A stretch of 62,132 bases of DNA, the filler included, from Hausera hauseri (Eukaryota), in assembly GCA_046269625.1 (NCBI GenBank). It is 12 parts of 12 records of this genome, joined end to end, with 100 filler letters (N's around TTAATTAATTAA, not from the genome) between each part and the next. Parts side by side here need not be neighbours in the genome. Positions count along the whole stretch, not along the records: positions 1 to 4,262 come from JBJURY010670218.1; positions 4,363 to 9,425 come from JBJURY010347935.1; positions 9,526 to 16,546 come from JBJURY010043221.1; 9 more parts are not named here. One strand, given 5' to 3'. The notes beneath the pieces are model-generated. The model worked only from the letters and a program-made list of their open reading frames with translations, was not told where the DNA came from and made no database searches. Each line of letters begins with the position of its first letter. Within the stretch, counting starts at the first letter, position 1. This document shows positions 1 to 11,935 of the stretch, one piece after another. Made by a program: the position numbers and the translations under genes.

Positions 1-1795
1 CCTGTTGTGCTTCCTCATAGTCTCTATCACTAACACCATCCTATTTTGGTGGTAAATCAGAAATCGACTGCAAATTATTGAATGTTTTGGCAGCAGTGTA
101 TTGAAAAATCCCTTTTCCTTTAATGACATCAGATGTAAAGGCTGTTGCTGTTGTAAATGGGTAGCTAAGTTTGAAGCTATAGTCTTAAGTGAAGCCGATA
201 AAAATTGCAACGAGTCTACAAATCGAATAGAAACTGACTCTTTATATGAACACTACATTTACCATCATGGTTAAAAATTTCTCCGCTGTTTGTGGAATAA
301 CACTCAAATTCCAACTTCCGGATTTACTTAATGCATGTTTTAAGATATGATACAAGTTATATCCACGCAAATTGTGAAAAATAACTTGTAAATTGTACCT
401 AATTTTACGTGTCACGTTACACTTTTTGCAACCCGGACCCAAGAATTTACCTGTAACATGACAGTGATCTCTAAGAAAATCAGTACCGTTTTTATGGTAA
501 AGATAACGAGCAGTGACATGCTTAAAGTAATACCATTCAGCAGATGTTAATGGGATCATCGGGTTTTCGACTTTTCATACCAGGGAAAAACTAAGGTTTT
601 CACAATTTCGTCTAAACAAGCCAAGAACTCAACTATAGAATTTTCTCCTACAAATTGCCTATATTCAATACCTGTTGGTGATACTTACGAGACCGGCTGC
701 AGCAGGCAAATGAATGTTTGATTTATGGTCATGACACAAAACAGATTCAAAGTCAGCATATACGACGAAAGGAGGACTTATAGATTTGGCCCAATTCTTA
801 AATTCACAAAACTTATTTTCGGGTATTTTGTACAATGTCATGCATTTGGAGTTAGACATACACATTGGCAAGTGTTTAGCGTAAGCACTGTCAAGCCTAA
901 ACCCGTGCAAACATTTTTCACACCAATGCTTACATTGAATTCTTATGGTTTTAGACTGTATGTTTAACAGTGGATTAAGATTGGGAACAGCTACATAGTG
1001 AAATTGATCATTATTCTCCAAAATTAGCAAGTTAACTTTAGCACCATTCGGATTTTTGCTTGGATACAAAATATCAACGAATGGATATTTTACTATATCC
1101 TCATCGAAGTCAACATCCTCCTCCTCATGAAACAAAAATACATTAATTGGTAACTGTGAGTTTTGTCTCTCAAATTTACCTGTTACAGATTTTTATAGTC
1201 ATATCATCCAAGGAATATTTAAATTCACCTAAGAAAGGAGTGTAATTGTTAACTCTAAATCTATTATGGTCGATAGAAGAATACTTGGTCACTGCCAGAA
1301 TTGAATATACGAAACACAAATTGTCCTTATTCTGGACGTTAATAACTGCCTTTTCATTTTTTAAAGTATCAGGTGTTGGTAGATACGACCGTCGAGACAA
1401 ATATGGTAGTGGACTTGTTCTAACTATATGAAAGCAGTATTTCAAAAATTTAGCCACCTTCTATCCACTATTATTTTCAGCAAAGTTCTCAATTTGCTCA
1501 CGTAAACTGTCGGCTACAGATTGGGGATAAGCATGCTCATAAGGCAGGGCTCGATGAGAAATGTAAGCTTCCTTAAAGTCGCCCTCAGCATTTGCAAACC
1601 GAATTTCCAGACCGTACTGAATCTTTCAAGATAAAAATCGAGAAGCATATTGTTGTAAAATAGTCAGAATTTCTTCAGGCGGTCTAGTATAAATGAGTTG
1701 GTCAGGCGCCACATCCAAACAAAGCTTAATATAGTTATTGGTGAAAACATAATGTACATCAAATCTTTGTACATTATCGATCACAGAATGTCTCA
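1..1795 (-). pseudogene. Fragmented N-terminal half of a protein-primed family B DNA polymerase (Polinton/adintovirus-like) with an endonuclease VII-like zinc module
   Basis: Colinear motifs across broken ORFs: AVINVQNKDNLCF (1176-1457), HWCEKCLHGF...H...C and VVYADFES (ExoI, 665-1135), RDHCHVTGKFLGPGCKKCN and VIFHNLRGY (242-559), RFVDSLQFLSASL (about 190-230). Multiple stops and frameshifts; runs off the window start. Confidence 0.85.
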
Positions 1796-2389
1796 TTTTT
1801 TTCACAGGAACTGCCTGATTTTTTGCATTGTTCGTTTTGCTGGTTGACGTGTTGATGGAATTTGTTGGGTTGTTGTGTTTCGTTGGACTGCTACCAATTG
1901 TTCTGCCATTTTTATCATATTCTTGTGTTCTTGAAGGATTGATTTTTTGGATTTTGTGAAATAAGATAGGTGGTGTTTATATTCAATAAGAAGTTCCGGG
2001 AATTGTAGGCTAGAGATGACTTCGCATGCTGGGCACATGAAACATTGTAATCCGTTGTACTGAATGCCATAATATTTCTGCATGGTTGCGTCGCATGCTT
2101 CCGTTGAATGGATTTTGGTTCTGCAATAATTGAATTTGCACTAATAGAAATGAAAGTATGAAAAAGCAAATAACAAATAAACCATACCAATTTCAAATTG
2201 TTTCAGCTTTCTGGGTGAATAATTGTATCAGTTTTCTGAATGAATAAATTAATGAAATTCATCACTTTATTTACACTAAATTTCAGATAATCAAATTAAA
2301 TGTAACTGACTTAACAGAAATGTTTGATGAAAATGCATTCTGATTGGTTGCTTGTATACATATAATTGTGCATTTAAAGTCTGAATTCA

Positions 2390-2921
2390 TTATGAATACC
2401 TACACTTGCAAATTAAACAACTTCAAGGACATAGTTTCGGTGACCAGCGATAGATTCAGTCTTCAACAGTACAATTTCTGTATTCGAGTTTATCCGGATG
2501 GTATTGGAAGAAATACCCATTTATCAGTTTTCTTCGCTTTGGTAAAAGAGGAACATGATGATACGGTGCAATGGCCTTTAATGGGACAATTCAGCTATCA
2601 TTACAGGGTGAAATTATGGTATTGGACAAAATAAAAACTGACTATAGATCAGCATGTTACATGTACCCAGAAGATTAAATCAACGGTAACAAAACAAGTG
2701 GATTTCCAAAATTTATTCAATAAACAAGATTGGAACCTACACTTTTAACTAATAGTCTAATCATCAAATTTGACTTGCTGGAAATTCTACCAATCAAACA
2801 GTTGCAAATCCTGCAAATTTGCAGAAAACAACTTCTGAATTTGATGAAGGAATTTACTGATTTGAACAATCGACAAAAGCATGTTATTGATACGATGTGG
2901 TCTATTATAAATAGTGAATGA
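2390..2921 (+). pseudogene. TRAF-type MATH domain protein, frameshifted
   Basis: YNFCIRVYPDGIGRNTHLSVFFALVKEEHDDTVQWPL resembles the TRAF-C/MATH core. SGFPKFI appears near 2697-2718 in another frame, followed by a helical tail (ORF 2730-2921). Confidence 0.75.
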
Positions 2922-4262
2922 ATTCCTTTCTAAATATTTTATTCTTCAGTCTTATTTATTTGTAATAAACTTGTAAAGTTTCAGTACATTTAATGCAAAC
3001 AATCAAATTTTCATACAGTATCTACTTCATTTTCTTTGCATAAAAATTCAAATTTATATTATGGTAAGTCCTACCACATTATTAATTAGTTTATTATTCA
3101 ATCAGTCGTGAGAGGGTCAATTTATAGGGTGAGCCTATAGAATCAATAGGGCCAGCGTGGTTTATTGAATTAGTACTTTTCAATCAACTTTACGTCTAGA
3201 CGTAGGTTTTGATGAAATTTTATTAGTAAGATAATTTTGTGATGACTTGAAACATGTACATTATTTTTGCTCTTATCCGTAAATTTAGGAATTTTTGCAT
3301 TAACCAAATCTCTGGCATAAATAATTAAACAATTTGAAAACAAGTAATAAGCCAAATTGTGGTGTTTTATTGAATAAATTTAAGACGATGTTTTACCTTA
3401 TTCAAACTCGAAATAAAAGATAATTCATGTACCACTGAAGAAAAATACTTTCCAAATAGTTTGTTTAAAGTTGCGTGTAGCATTTGACCTTGCTTTAAAA
3501 TTAATTATCATATGCAAGTCAGAAATTTCAGGATAAGAGCAAAATAATTTGAATTAGTGTCCCTTGTTAGATAAAACTAGAGAGTCGGAACCTTCACATG
3601 TCGCATAAAGTATTAAATTTTAGCAACAACCTGAATAATATTAATACTTACTGACCTGATAAATATTTACTGATTTTATTTAAATAATTTCAACAATAAC
3701 AAAATATTCTAACCTTTAAAGGAAGAAATTTGTTTGGTTTGTTCAAAATACCTGTTTCACAAATGAAAGTACGCAGTAGTTCCATCGATAAAATATGAAG
3801 TATTAATGGTTGCATACACAGATGCTGCACGGTATTGAACGCACGGTATCATGTACAGTATTAACACACATGCTGACTCGTACAATAATAAAGGGTCTGT
3901 CATTTAACTACGGCAGTAAAATCAGAGTAATCCATCTTATATATTATACAAACTGTCCAATGAAAAGCAATATAATATGAATCGACATCGTCAACGTTAA
4001 TATACCATGTGAAATCTGTCGATTACTCATGCCAACTCGGTTTCAAATCCTAATGTGTACGTAATCGTTGGTGATTTTGTCTTTTTATAGCTACAGATGA
4101 CTTTTCGGCTTTTTCCTTTGTTGTTTTGAGTGACTAATTGAATGCATAATCACTTTTTCAGGTGCTTAAAGTAAAAATCAATGACTTCTCTGATATTTCC
4201 GGTGTACTAATTGAAACATTTTAAAATGTCTCCACTTTGTAAAGAAATTCTTATCAGATTTA

Positions 4263-4362
4263 NNNNNNNNNNNNNNNNNNNNNNNNNNNNNNNNNNNNNN
4301 NNNNNNTTAATTAATTAANNNNNNNNNNNNNNNNNNNNNNNNNNNNNNNNNNNNNNNNNNNN
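4263..4362. other. Artificial contig spacer (44 N + TTAATTAATTAA + 44 N). It recurs at 9426, 16547, 21056, 26203, 30534, 37482, 42089, 46133, 50445 and 57734.
   Basis: Identical 100-bp structure 11 times; the 12-mer places stop codons in all six frames. Confidence 0.99.
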
Positions 4363-4364
4363 CA

Positions 4365-4910
4365 GGAGATTTTAAGAACGGCCTTACTGTAGAGATTGAA
4401 GGAAACGTATTCCAGATTCTGGAATTCCAGCATGTAAAGCCGGGAAAAGGTGCGGCTTTCGTACGTACAAAGTTAAAGAATATTATTAACGGCGGCGTTG
4501 TTGAGAAGACATTCCGCCCAACAGAAAAGTTTGAGAACGCGCATATCGACAGAAAAGAGATGCAGTATCTCTACAACGACGGAGATCTTTACTATTTCAT
4601 GGACACAGAGACCTATGACCAGATTGCTGTCAATAACGACACAGTAGGGGATTCCCTGAAGTTTGTAAAAGAGAATGAAAACGTCAAGCTCAGTTCTTAC
4701 CAGGGCAGCGTATTTGCCATAGAGCCGCCTCTGAACGTAGAACTTGAGATTACGGAGACAGAGCCTGGATTCAAGGGTGATACGGCAACAGGCGCTACAA
4801 AGCCGGCGATTGTTGAGACGGGCGCGCAGGTAATGGTTCCTCTGTTCGTTGAATCAGGCGAGAAGATCAAGATCGACACGCGTACAGGAGACTATCTTTC
4901 CAGAGTATAA
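4365..4910 (+). CDS. efp: Elongation factor P (5'-truncated by contig edge), Clostridia/Lachnospiraceae-like
   Basis: The frame reads [13 protein letters not shown]...[19 protein letters not shown] from the contig edge into ORF 4560-4910 ([17 protein letters not shown]...[11 protein letters not shown]). Confidence 0.97.
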   Translation, partial: GDFKNGLTVEIEGNVFQILEFQHVKPGKGAAFVRTKLKNIINGGVVEKTFRPTEKFENAHIDRKEMQYLYNDGDLYYFMDTETYDQIAVNNDTVGDSLKFVKENENVKLSSYQGSVFAIEPPLNVELEITETEPGFKGDTATGATKPAIVETGAQVMVPLFVESGEKIKIDTRTGDYLSRV

Positions 4911-4920
4911 TGCTAATTGT

Positions 4921-4954
4921 AAAAAAAGCCTTGCAATTTTTGCGGGGCTTTTTT
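4921..4954 (+). terminator. Rho-independent terminator after efp
   Basis: AAAAAAAGCCTTGCAA-TTT-TTGCGGGGCTTTTTT hairpin with A and T tails, 10 nt after the stop codon. Confidence 0.75.
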
Positions 4955-4959
4955 ATAAT
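4931..4959 (+). promoter_or_regulatory. Sigma-A-type promoter for the downstream gene
   Basis: TTGCAA (4931-4936), a 17-nt spacer and TATAAT (4954-4959). Confidence 0.6.
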
Positions 4960-5064
4960 TGTAATACCATAATCAATCAACTCATATTTTTCTATCTTTT
5001 CAAAGGCGCGTTCGTGCCGCGTTACCATGAAAAAATACCATGCTGCCATAAGGAAAGGAGTTCT

Positions 5065-5940
5065 ATGACTTATTACCAGTTTATCCAGGCAGTGGAAGTG
5101 AAAGTAAAGGAGAGGATCCAAGAGAATGTGACCGTTTCCATCCACACCGCGGTCAAGAATAACGGCACAAGGAGGCAGGGGCTTAATATCGTGGAGCAGG
5201 GAATCAATATATCCCCCACCATCTATCTGGAAGAGTACTACCAGCAGTTCCAGCATGGAGGAACGGTGGAGGAGATTGCGGGAGATATCTTAAGGCTGTA
5301 TGCACAAGTGCGATTTGGAAGTTCTTTTGAAAGCGATTATATTAAGGACTATGAGCGTGTCAGAGGGAAGATCATATATCATCTGGTCAACCGCGAATCC
5401 AATCGTCAGATGCTTAAAAACGCGCCGCATAAACGATATCTGGACCTGGCGGTGATCTTCTATGCACTGCTGGAAGTGACTCCCTATGGTACTGCATCCA
5501 TGATGATAAGAAATGAGCATCTTGCCATGTGGGGCGAGACCATGGAGGGCGTGTATAGGTGGGCATGCAGGAATACCCACGTGCTGCTCCCGGATGAATT
5601 CCAGACCATGCGGGCGGTGATTGAGGAATTGACGGGCATGGAAGAAAAGGGGAAAGAGGATATGATGTACATCTTAAGCAATGAGATCCGCAGTTACGGC
5701 GCAGCGGCGATCCTGTACGAAGGAAGGCTTGAAAAGATCGGCGACTATCTTAAGGAAAATTATTATGTGCTGCCAAGCAGCGTCCATGAGGTGATCATCG
5801 TGCCGGAGAGTGAGGCGCCAGGACAGGCGGAACTAAGCAGGCTGGTGAAAGAGATCAATGAGACGCAGGTGGATCCGGAGGAAGTGCTTTCAAACCATGC
5901 GTACTATTATGACCGGAAGCAGAAAAAATTGCGGATCTAG
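5065..5940 (+). CDS. DUF5688-like protein (291 aa)
   Basis: Strong RBS AAGGAAAGGAG at 5050-5060 before ATG 5065. Motifs KNNG, ISPTIYLE, YGAAAILY, LPSSVHEVIIVP and EVLSNHAYYYDR are typical of this Clostridia family. Confidence 0.8.
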   Translation: MTYYQFIQAVEVKVKERIQENVTVSIHTAVKNNGTRRQGLNIVEQGINISPTIYLEEYYQQFQHGGTVEEIAGDILRLYAQVRFGSSFESDYIKDYERVRGKIIYHLVNRESNRQMLKNAPHKRYLDLAVIFYALLEVTPYGTASMMIRNEHLAMWGETMEGVYRWACRNTHVLLPDEFQTMRAVIEELTGMEEKGKEDMMYILSNEIRSYGAAAILYEGRLEKIGDYLKENYYVLPSSVHEVIIVPESEAPGQAELSRLVKEINETQVDPEEVLSNHAYYYDRKQKKLRI

Positions 5941-5960
5941 CTTGAAAAATCGCCTGAAAT

Positions 5961-6004
5961 AAAAAAGTAAAGGAAATGTCGTAATCATTTCCTTTACTTT
6001 TTTT
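5961..6004. terminator. Bidirectional Rho-independent terminator
   Basis: AAAAAAGTAAAGGAAATG-tcgtaat-CATTTCCTTTACTTTTTT perfect inverted repeat, 20 nt after the stop. Confidence 0.85.
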
Positions 6005-7302
6005 AAAATTAAACTTTTGCATTTTCATTTTTCAAGGTTTTGATCTGTTTTATATTTTACTTAGTTGAAAGAATTTTGATGTGTGCAATACCTTTGAACT
6101 GCGTCACTTTGCATTTGAATTAAACACTTTTTTTATAACTACATGTATGCCATTCCTTCCTTTTGTGTACCTTACCTTGTACCTTGAGTACCTTAGATTT
6201 CCAGCAGATATGACAGTGGGGGTGTCATGTCCCGTGTTTCCCAAATAGACTAAACAGTAGCAATGTTTATTACTTTAATATCTCTTAGCTAAAGCTGTTT
6301 GTGTGTAAAACATTGCAATGAAGACCTCCAGTAAACTGTCCGCATTATTGACGTTTAAAGCTGGATTAAGCAGAAAATAGCACAAAACGGCATGCAGATT
6401 TGCATTTTTTAAATTTTAATGAATTCTTACCCCTATCTAGAACTTAGATTTATGTCCAGCGAATGTCAACGTATTATTTGACCTTTATTTAACCAAGTGG
6501 TCTTGGTGAGATGCAGAATCTCATTTTGAAGAGACCTGCTGTAAGACAAAAATTACAAACACAACTATAACTATACTAGTTTATAGTGATGGATATTGCA
6601 AGGTAAACAATTTAGTCAAAATAACTAGAAATACTGGATATGTCGGCATTCAATTACAAACTATGGCTTCACTGTCATTACAGAATAGCTTGACAAACCT
6701 TAAGCCAAACCGGTCACATAAACATCAAAGCATGTTATTAAATTTAAGGCCACGTTTTGCATGTCTCAATGACTAATTTTGTTTTCACTGTTGTTGCACT
6801 GCGCGACTTCTGTGTTAACAAATTAATTTAGTCTTCATGAGTCAACAGCTTTAAATAAAACACCAATCAATTTAAACTACGTCCAACCTGCGTATGTATT
6901 TCAATAGTCTGGTTGTATCATCTCGCACCTCTTTTAGAGTACTTTACCTAAACCAAGAACCTACAAGATCTGCAATTGATATTTAAACCATGCTATAAAA
7001 TAAAACAATGTAAAATAATGTAAAGTACTGCCAGTGATGTGTTTATGCAGAAGACTGGAGTTGCCTTCATTGTCATGCAAGATTTATGCGATGTCAATAC
7101 AAAATGAGTCGACTCTTGCGTTGTGAATAGTTCTCTGCACAAAATTGTTTGTACTAATAAGAGCTGTATGGAGTCCTTAAAAATGAAACAAGATTTTATG
7201 TAGTTTGTTTATTGACAATTTCACCTTCGTCAGAAATTGAACATTAACTGTGAAATTAAAAAAACTAAACATTTATACAACTTATGCAGTAACATAAATT
7301 TG

Positions 7303-9118
7303 TCACTGGTTCAACAGCTGCAGAACAGCATTACGGACATCTTGTCCATTCGCTGCCTCATCTGCTGCATTCCCGTCCCGCGCAACCAGGTCAACAGGCA
7401 CATCCCATGATGGATCATAGTTGTGTCCATAGTTCTCACACAAGTTATGTAGTGCACAGCATGTCAGCACCATGCACTTAGCAAGCTGCAGGTCACAGTC
7501 ATTCCTTTTTAGTAGACAACGCCATCTTCCCTTCAGTCTGCCAAAGGCATGTTCCACCACCACCCGGGCTCGACTGATTTTTTGATTGTAACGCCGCTGC
7601 TCATGTGTCAGTCGTCCATTGTCACTGAACGGCTTCAGCAACCATTTCTGGAGGGGGTACGCCGAGTCTCCCAGGATATAGTAGCCCACAGAGGCTGCAC
7701 CTATGTCCTTGAGGTGAGGTGGGAAAAGGTTTCCCTGATCTGCTGTCTCCCATAGTTGCGACACTTTCAGTAAACGAGAGTCATGGCTGCTTCCTGGTAG
7801 TCCACTAAAAACATTCCAAAACAAACCCCTTCCATCAACAACCCCCTGGAGGAGGATGGAATGCCAACCTTTGCGATTGTAGTAGTCACCATGACAGTGT
7901 TGCGGTGCAATGATCGGTATGTGGGAGCCGTCAATAGCACCCACACACTGAGGGAGACCCCATCTGTGTTCAAAAAAAGATGAAATTTCCCTGAGGCGCC
8001 CCTCATCTGGAAAACTGATCATCTTCTGAACAAGAAGTGTCTGTGCTGCTGAACAGAACTCCTGCAAACACCGGCACACAGTTGTGGTGCTCACTCCAAA
8101 AAGATGGCCTATGGTCCGGTACTCTGAACCGGTAGCAAGCTTCCACACAGCGATGGCCACCCGCTTCTTTAGTGTGATGCAGAACCGAATCCCGGTGTCT
8201 ACATGCTCCATAGCAGGACGTACAATGGTGCACAGGTACAGCAGCGTTTGTTCTGACATCCAGAAGTTCTCCACCCACTGCTGAGGCGTGAAGTTGGGAA
8301 CGATGTCATCCCACCACCGACTGCTACGGATGAAGCTCCAAGCCCGTGGACGTCGGCGGGTCAACTTCAAGAGAGACATCTGGAAAAACAATAGATACGT
8401 TGGCTTTAGATGTGTGATGGTTAATAATGTTGTTCATTTTGATATTTTAAAATCCATTATTCAACAATAAAATACAGGTCTGACATCTGGGGGTATTATC
8501 TGCTACAGTATTAACTTTTGTGAGATTAAATATACATACATACATACAAGGATTTATCTGGTAGTATCATGTGTTACAGATTCTAAGTTCTGATGTTCAA
8601 GTACTGCTGTATTTCTCTGAAAATGTGCAGTGCCTAATACAAACACACCACATTAAGAAATGAATGGTTTCTTGTTTTTTGTTGTAAGTACAAACTATAA
8701 TTGGGATTTGGGTTTGATTAGCCACAACATAATAAAAAAACAGGATCCCACATCAATAGAGTTGCATAGCCGCCAATATTGGTAGTGTCTATCCACTATA
8801 GATCATTGTAAGCATATGAATAATAATAAAATTTTAACATTTACTTAGGGTCTTTGTTAAAAACACTGTTGAGTGCTATTTTAAAGAATATTGTTGATAG
8901 CTTACCAGCTTTACACGATTTAGCATTCTTTGTTCCATCGCAGCTTCATGGAGCTTCAGTGATCCTTCTACAAACCTCATTAGCGACCTGCGGTTTGCTT
9001 CCACTACTCTTTGCGCACGACGCACCCGCATAAGATGCAGTTGTTGCCGTTTACGTCGAGTTTTCTCTAATTGCAAAATTAGGATCACAACTAAAGCAAT
9101 GAGCCGGAGCTGCTCCAT
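7303..9118 (-). CDS. PIF/Harbinger DDE transposase (HARBI1/ALP1-like), two exons 9118-8906 and 8379-7303, 429 aa
   Basis: Catalytic motifs GAIDGSHI, LGDSAY and VEHAFGRLKGRWRCL, plus the HTH LATGSEYRTIGHLFGVSTTTV. The GTAAGC donor at 8905 and TTTTTCCAG acceptor at 8380 join the exons in phase 0. Confidence 0.9.
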
Positions 9119-9289
9119 GTTGTCTCTGTGTCGCGTCCAAAATGACATCATCGACGCGACGAGCAGAGCTCCCGCTCGCACGCGAAAACGCCTACATCCG
9201 CCAGTGTTCACACCCCCAAGGATGTAGAAATTTACATCTATCACACCCCGAAGCGTAAGGGGACCCCAAACATGGAGACAGAACCACGC

Positions 9290-9352
9290 CGAGTAGATCA
9301 AAGCGGAGTCAACCCGACCAGAGTAGAACCATGCTTATGGAGACGAGGCTAT
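9290..9352 (-). mobile_element. Probable 5' terminus/TIR of the Harbinger element
   Basis: The minus strand reads TAT-AGCCTCGTCTCCAT..., resembling Harbinger termini, about 230 bp upstream of the ATG. No matching opposite TIR was found. Confidence 0.35.
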
Positions 9353-9921
9353 AGTAAGCTCAAGAGTTTTACCTGACTATTCGAGAGGCTCTTCACTCCC
9401 TCATCTTTAACTGAGCAGCCTATCANNNNNNNNNNNNNNNNNNNNNNNNNNNNNNNNNNNNNNNNNNNNTTAATTAATTAANNNNNNNNNNNNNNNNNNN
9501 NNNNNNNNNNNNNNNNNNNNNNNNNTCTACAGACCCAGTGGGGCTCACCGTTGTGCAGTCCCCGCCACCCGATGACTGCTGTATCCTGGATATAAACACA
9601 TTAGGCAGCTAATTTGAGCTCGTGTGCTCTGTCAAAGGGATCGTCACGTCATGCACTATGGTGCCTTCACTAAGAGAGCTGCAGGGACGGTCTTGCAGTC
9701 AAGCTGTCTTAGGATGGTGGGAAACCACAGACACACCAACACGTGCAAGGGCGCTCAGTGTAGTTTAGCCAGTCGGTCGAGACTGTTAGCGAGGAATGGC
9801 TACTGGGATCCATACACCGAAATTGGAAGGTCAAGGTGGACGGACAGGTTTGAGCCACTGAGCATGTGCACCCGCTCATTCCCCAAAAATGCTACCACTC
9901 CTGATCTCCCCCATACTGTTG

Positions 9922-10270
9922 TTAATCATCACTAGTCACGTACCACCTGTGGTCGCTAAGACATATAAAGTTTTCGTTTCTTCTACATTTGTCTCGTTTC
10001 TTTGATGTGTTCAGTGATGTGCTGAATTTCGGGTATGTCAATTCCCTGATATTATCATTCCATCTTTTCTTTTGTCGACCATGTTTTTGTACAGTGCCTT
10101 GCAGGGTAAACTTTTGCAAGACCGTTAGATCTTTTGACGTGGCCATATCATTTCAGCTTCATTTCCTTCACTGTTGCAAGAAGTTCGTCGTATTGCTCAA
10201 AGACTTTTTTTGAATTGTTTGTAGTACGTCCTCATTTGTGACTCCATCTCTGAACGATATTTATAGGATT
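9922..10270 (-). mobile_element. 5'-truncated RTE-type LINE 3' end
   Basis: Degenerate ORF2 C-terminus (DGVTNEDV..., LQGTVQKHGRQKKRWNDNIRELT) ending in a GATGAT tail; homologous to 56860-57176. Confidence 0.7.
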
Positions 10271-11299
10271 AACTGGTAGGAAATCTCTCTACAGTTTAAA
10301 TGTTTATATATTATTAAATGTTAGTGTCCATGTATACACTACACATAATATGCATGTAATTTATTAATACGTTTGCTAATACTTAATAGAGAACCAACAA
10401 ACTATAAACAGTACACGCTGTGCAAGTCAGTTGTTAATAATTGTGTTTAATAACTAAAACAACCTAATCTATATATAGCGTACGGTATATAGGCCTACCG
10501 TAATTTGTTAACTCTTTGGCTCCAGAATTATTTTCTATATAGTGATATGCTTTTTATTCCTACGTGGCGTTGACAATATTGCTATGGACTCAAAGAGTTA
10601 ACGCTTTCATTTATAGTTTGAGAAAAATAAACAAAGTATGTATGCAGTTACTTTAATCATGTTCATATTGTCCTTCTTCATACAGTATCAACCTGAGACA
10701 AGCAAGTCATCGTTATTATAATTCTGAACGTTTTGAGCAGGGCGGCGGTTGATTGTGTTTGGTCAGCCGCGATGGTCATAACCAATGAAATCTACCCAAC
10801 AATAGTCCGGTATGATGTGTACTGTAGCATAGTTGTAATAGAAATGACGGGGTCAGAGTTCACAGTGTTTATGTTAATTTGAAGAACCTGGCCTGACACT
10901 AGGTGTCACTGATTTCTCAACAGGGAATTTTTAGTTTTGTGAGTGCACTCGGAGTCCCATAGTGGCCAGCTAACAAGCTCAAGGGCTGATGACCCATTAT
11001 CAGGTCTGCCCATGCCCATACCATTACGGGAAAAGGAAGAGAAACTTGCCGGCAGACGGACAGAGAATTTGGATGATCCCCCCGGGATAGTGGTGAATCG
11101 CTTCTAGGAGGCCAAGCAAAACACGTCCTCCTGTGGGACTTCGGCCCACTTATCTAGGCAAACACCAAGACGTCATGATAGCTTTTGTATAGCCCCAGCA
11201 GTCGTTTTCGGGACTGTAACTTATGTATGGGGCTCTCCATTGTCTTATCTTTGACCCACATCTCCGCATTAAAGTTTAATGCTTGGTGACATGCGTTCA

Positions 11300-11800
11300 A
11301 CAGTTCTCTTCATTCGACATTTGCACAGCTGTGCTTTTTGAGCATCGAAATAGCGTTTAAGAAAGCCCAAAATACAGCGAACGTTGGTAATGTCTGGCCA
11401 AATGAAATCATTAATCAAACACTACTGATAAAAGATATTGTGAGATTTTTTAAGACTTTCCGAAATAACGTAATAATATCGAACAACAAATCAAAGGAGT
11501 TCAGGACTAAAGCTGACATCAGATAAGAAGGCATTCTACCACCTTATCCATTTATCATACATATGGATTGTGTAATCAAGGCTTACACAAGAAACGCAAA
11601 GAAATACTGTGCGAGATAACTGGAGTGTAACACCAGTCCAAATCACAGACTTTGCTTGCGATGATGATGTGACTCTTATAACCAACTCCGAGAATCACAG
11701 TACAACTTACAAAACAGGCTCTCGAAGATCCAGGACTAGAGTTTAACCAAGAGAAGAAAAGTTATTCGATTGAAAAGTCTGGAGAACTCTCTGAAAAATC
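11300..11800 (+). mobile_element. Highly decayed LINE reverse-transcriptase remnant
   Basis: Traces of RT motifs: IEIAFKKAQN (DxxKAFD-like), EGILPPYPFIIHMD (QGxxLSP-like) and ITDFACDDDV (YADD-like), broken by stops. Confidence 0.5.
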
Positions 11801-11935
11801 CCCACACACCCAATGTAGAACAGGAACTAATCACAAAAGAAAGTTCAACTTCACAGGTGTCCACACGTGTTATCAGTGATGCACGCTCGTACCATACGGC
11901 AGGAAGGATAGTGAATGACTGAGGTTACAAAAACA

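Noticed and set aside
4307-4318. Recurrent TTAATTAATTAA as a biological repeat
   Set aside because: Always centred in N-runs of fixed length; it is a six-frame-stop linker.
4849-5064. 363-aa ORF starting at 4849
   Set aside because: It overlaps efp and runs through the terminator and promoter. The strong RBS supports ATG 5065 instead.
6745-6765. Second TIR of the Harbinger element (TAA-GGCCACGTTTTGCAT)
   Set aside because: Only a loose match to the 9350 end; not enough to call.
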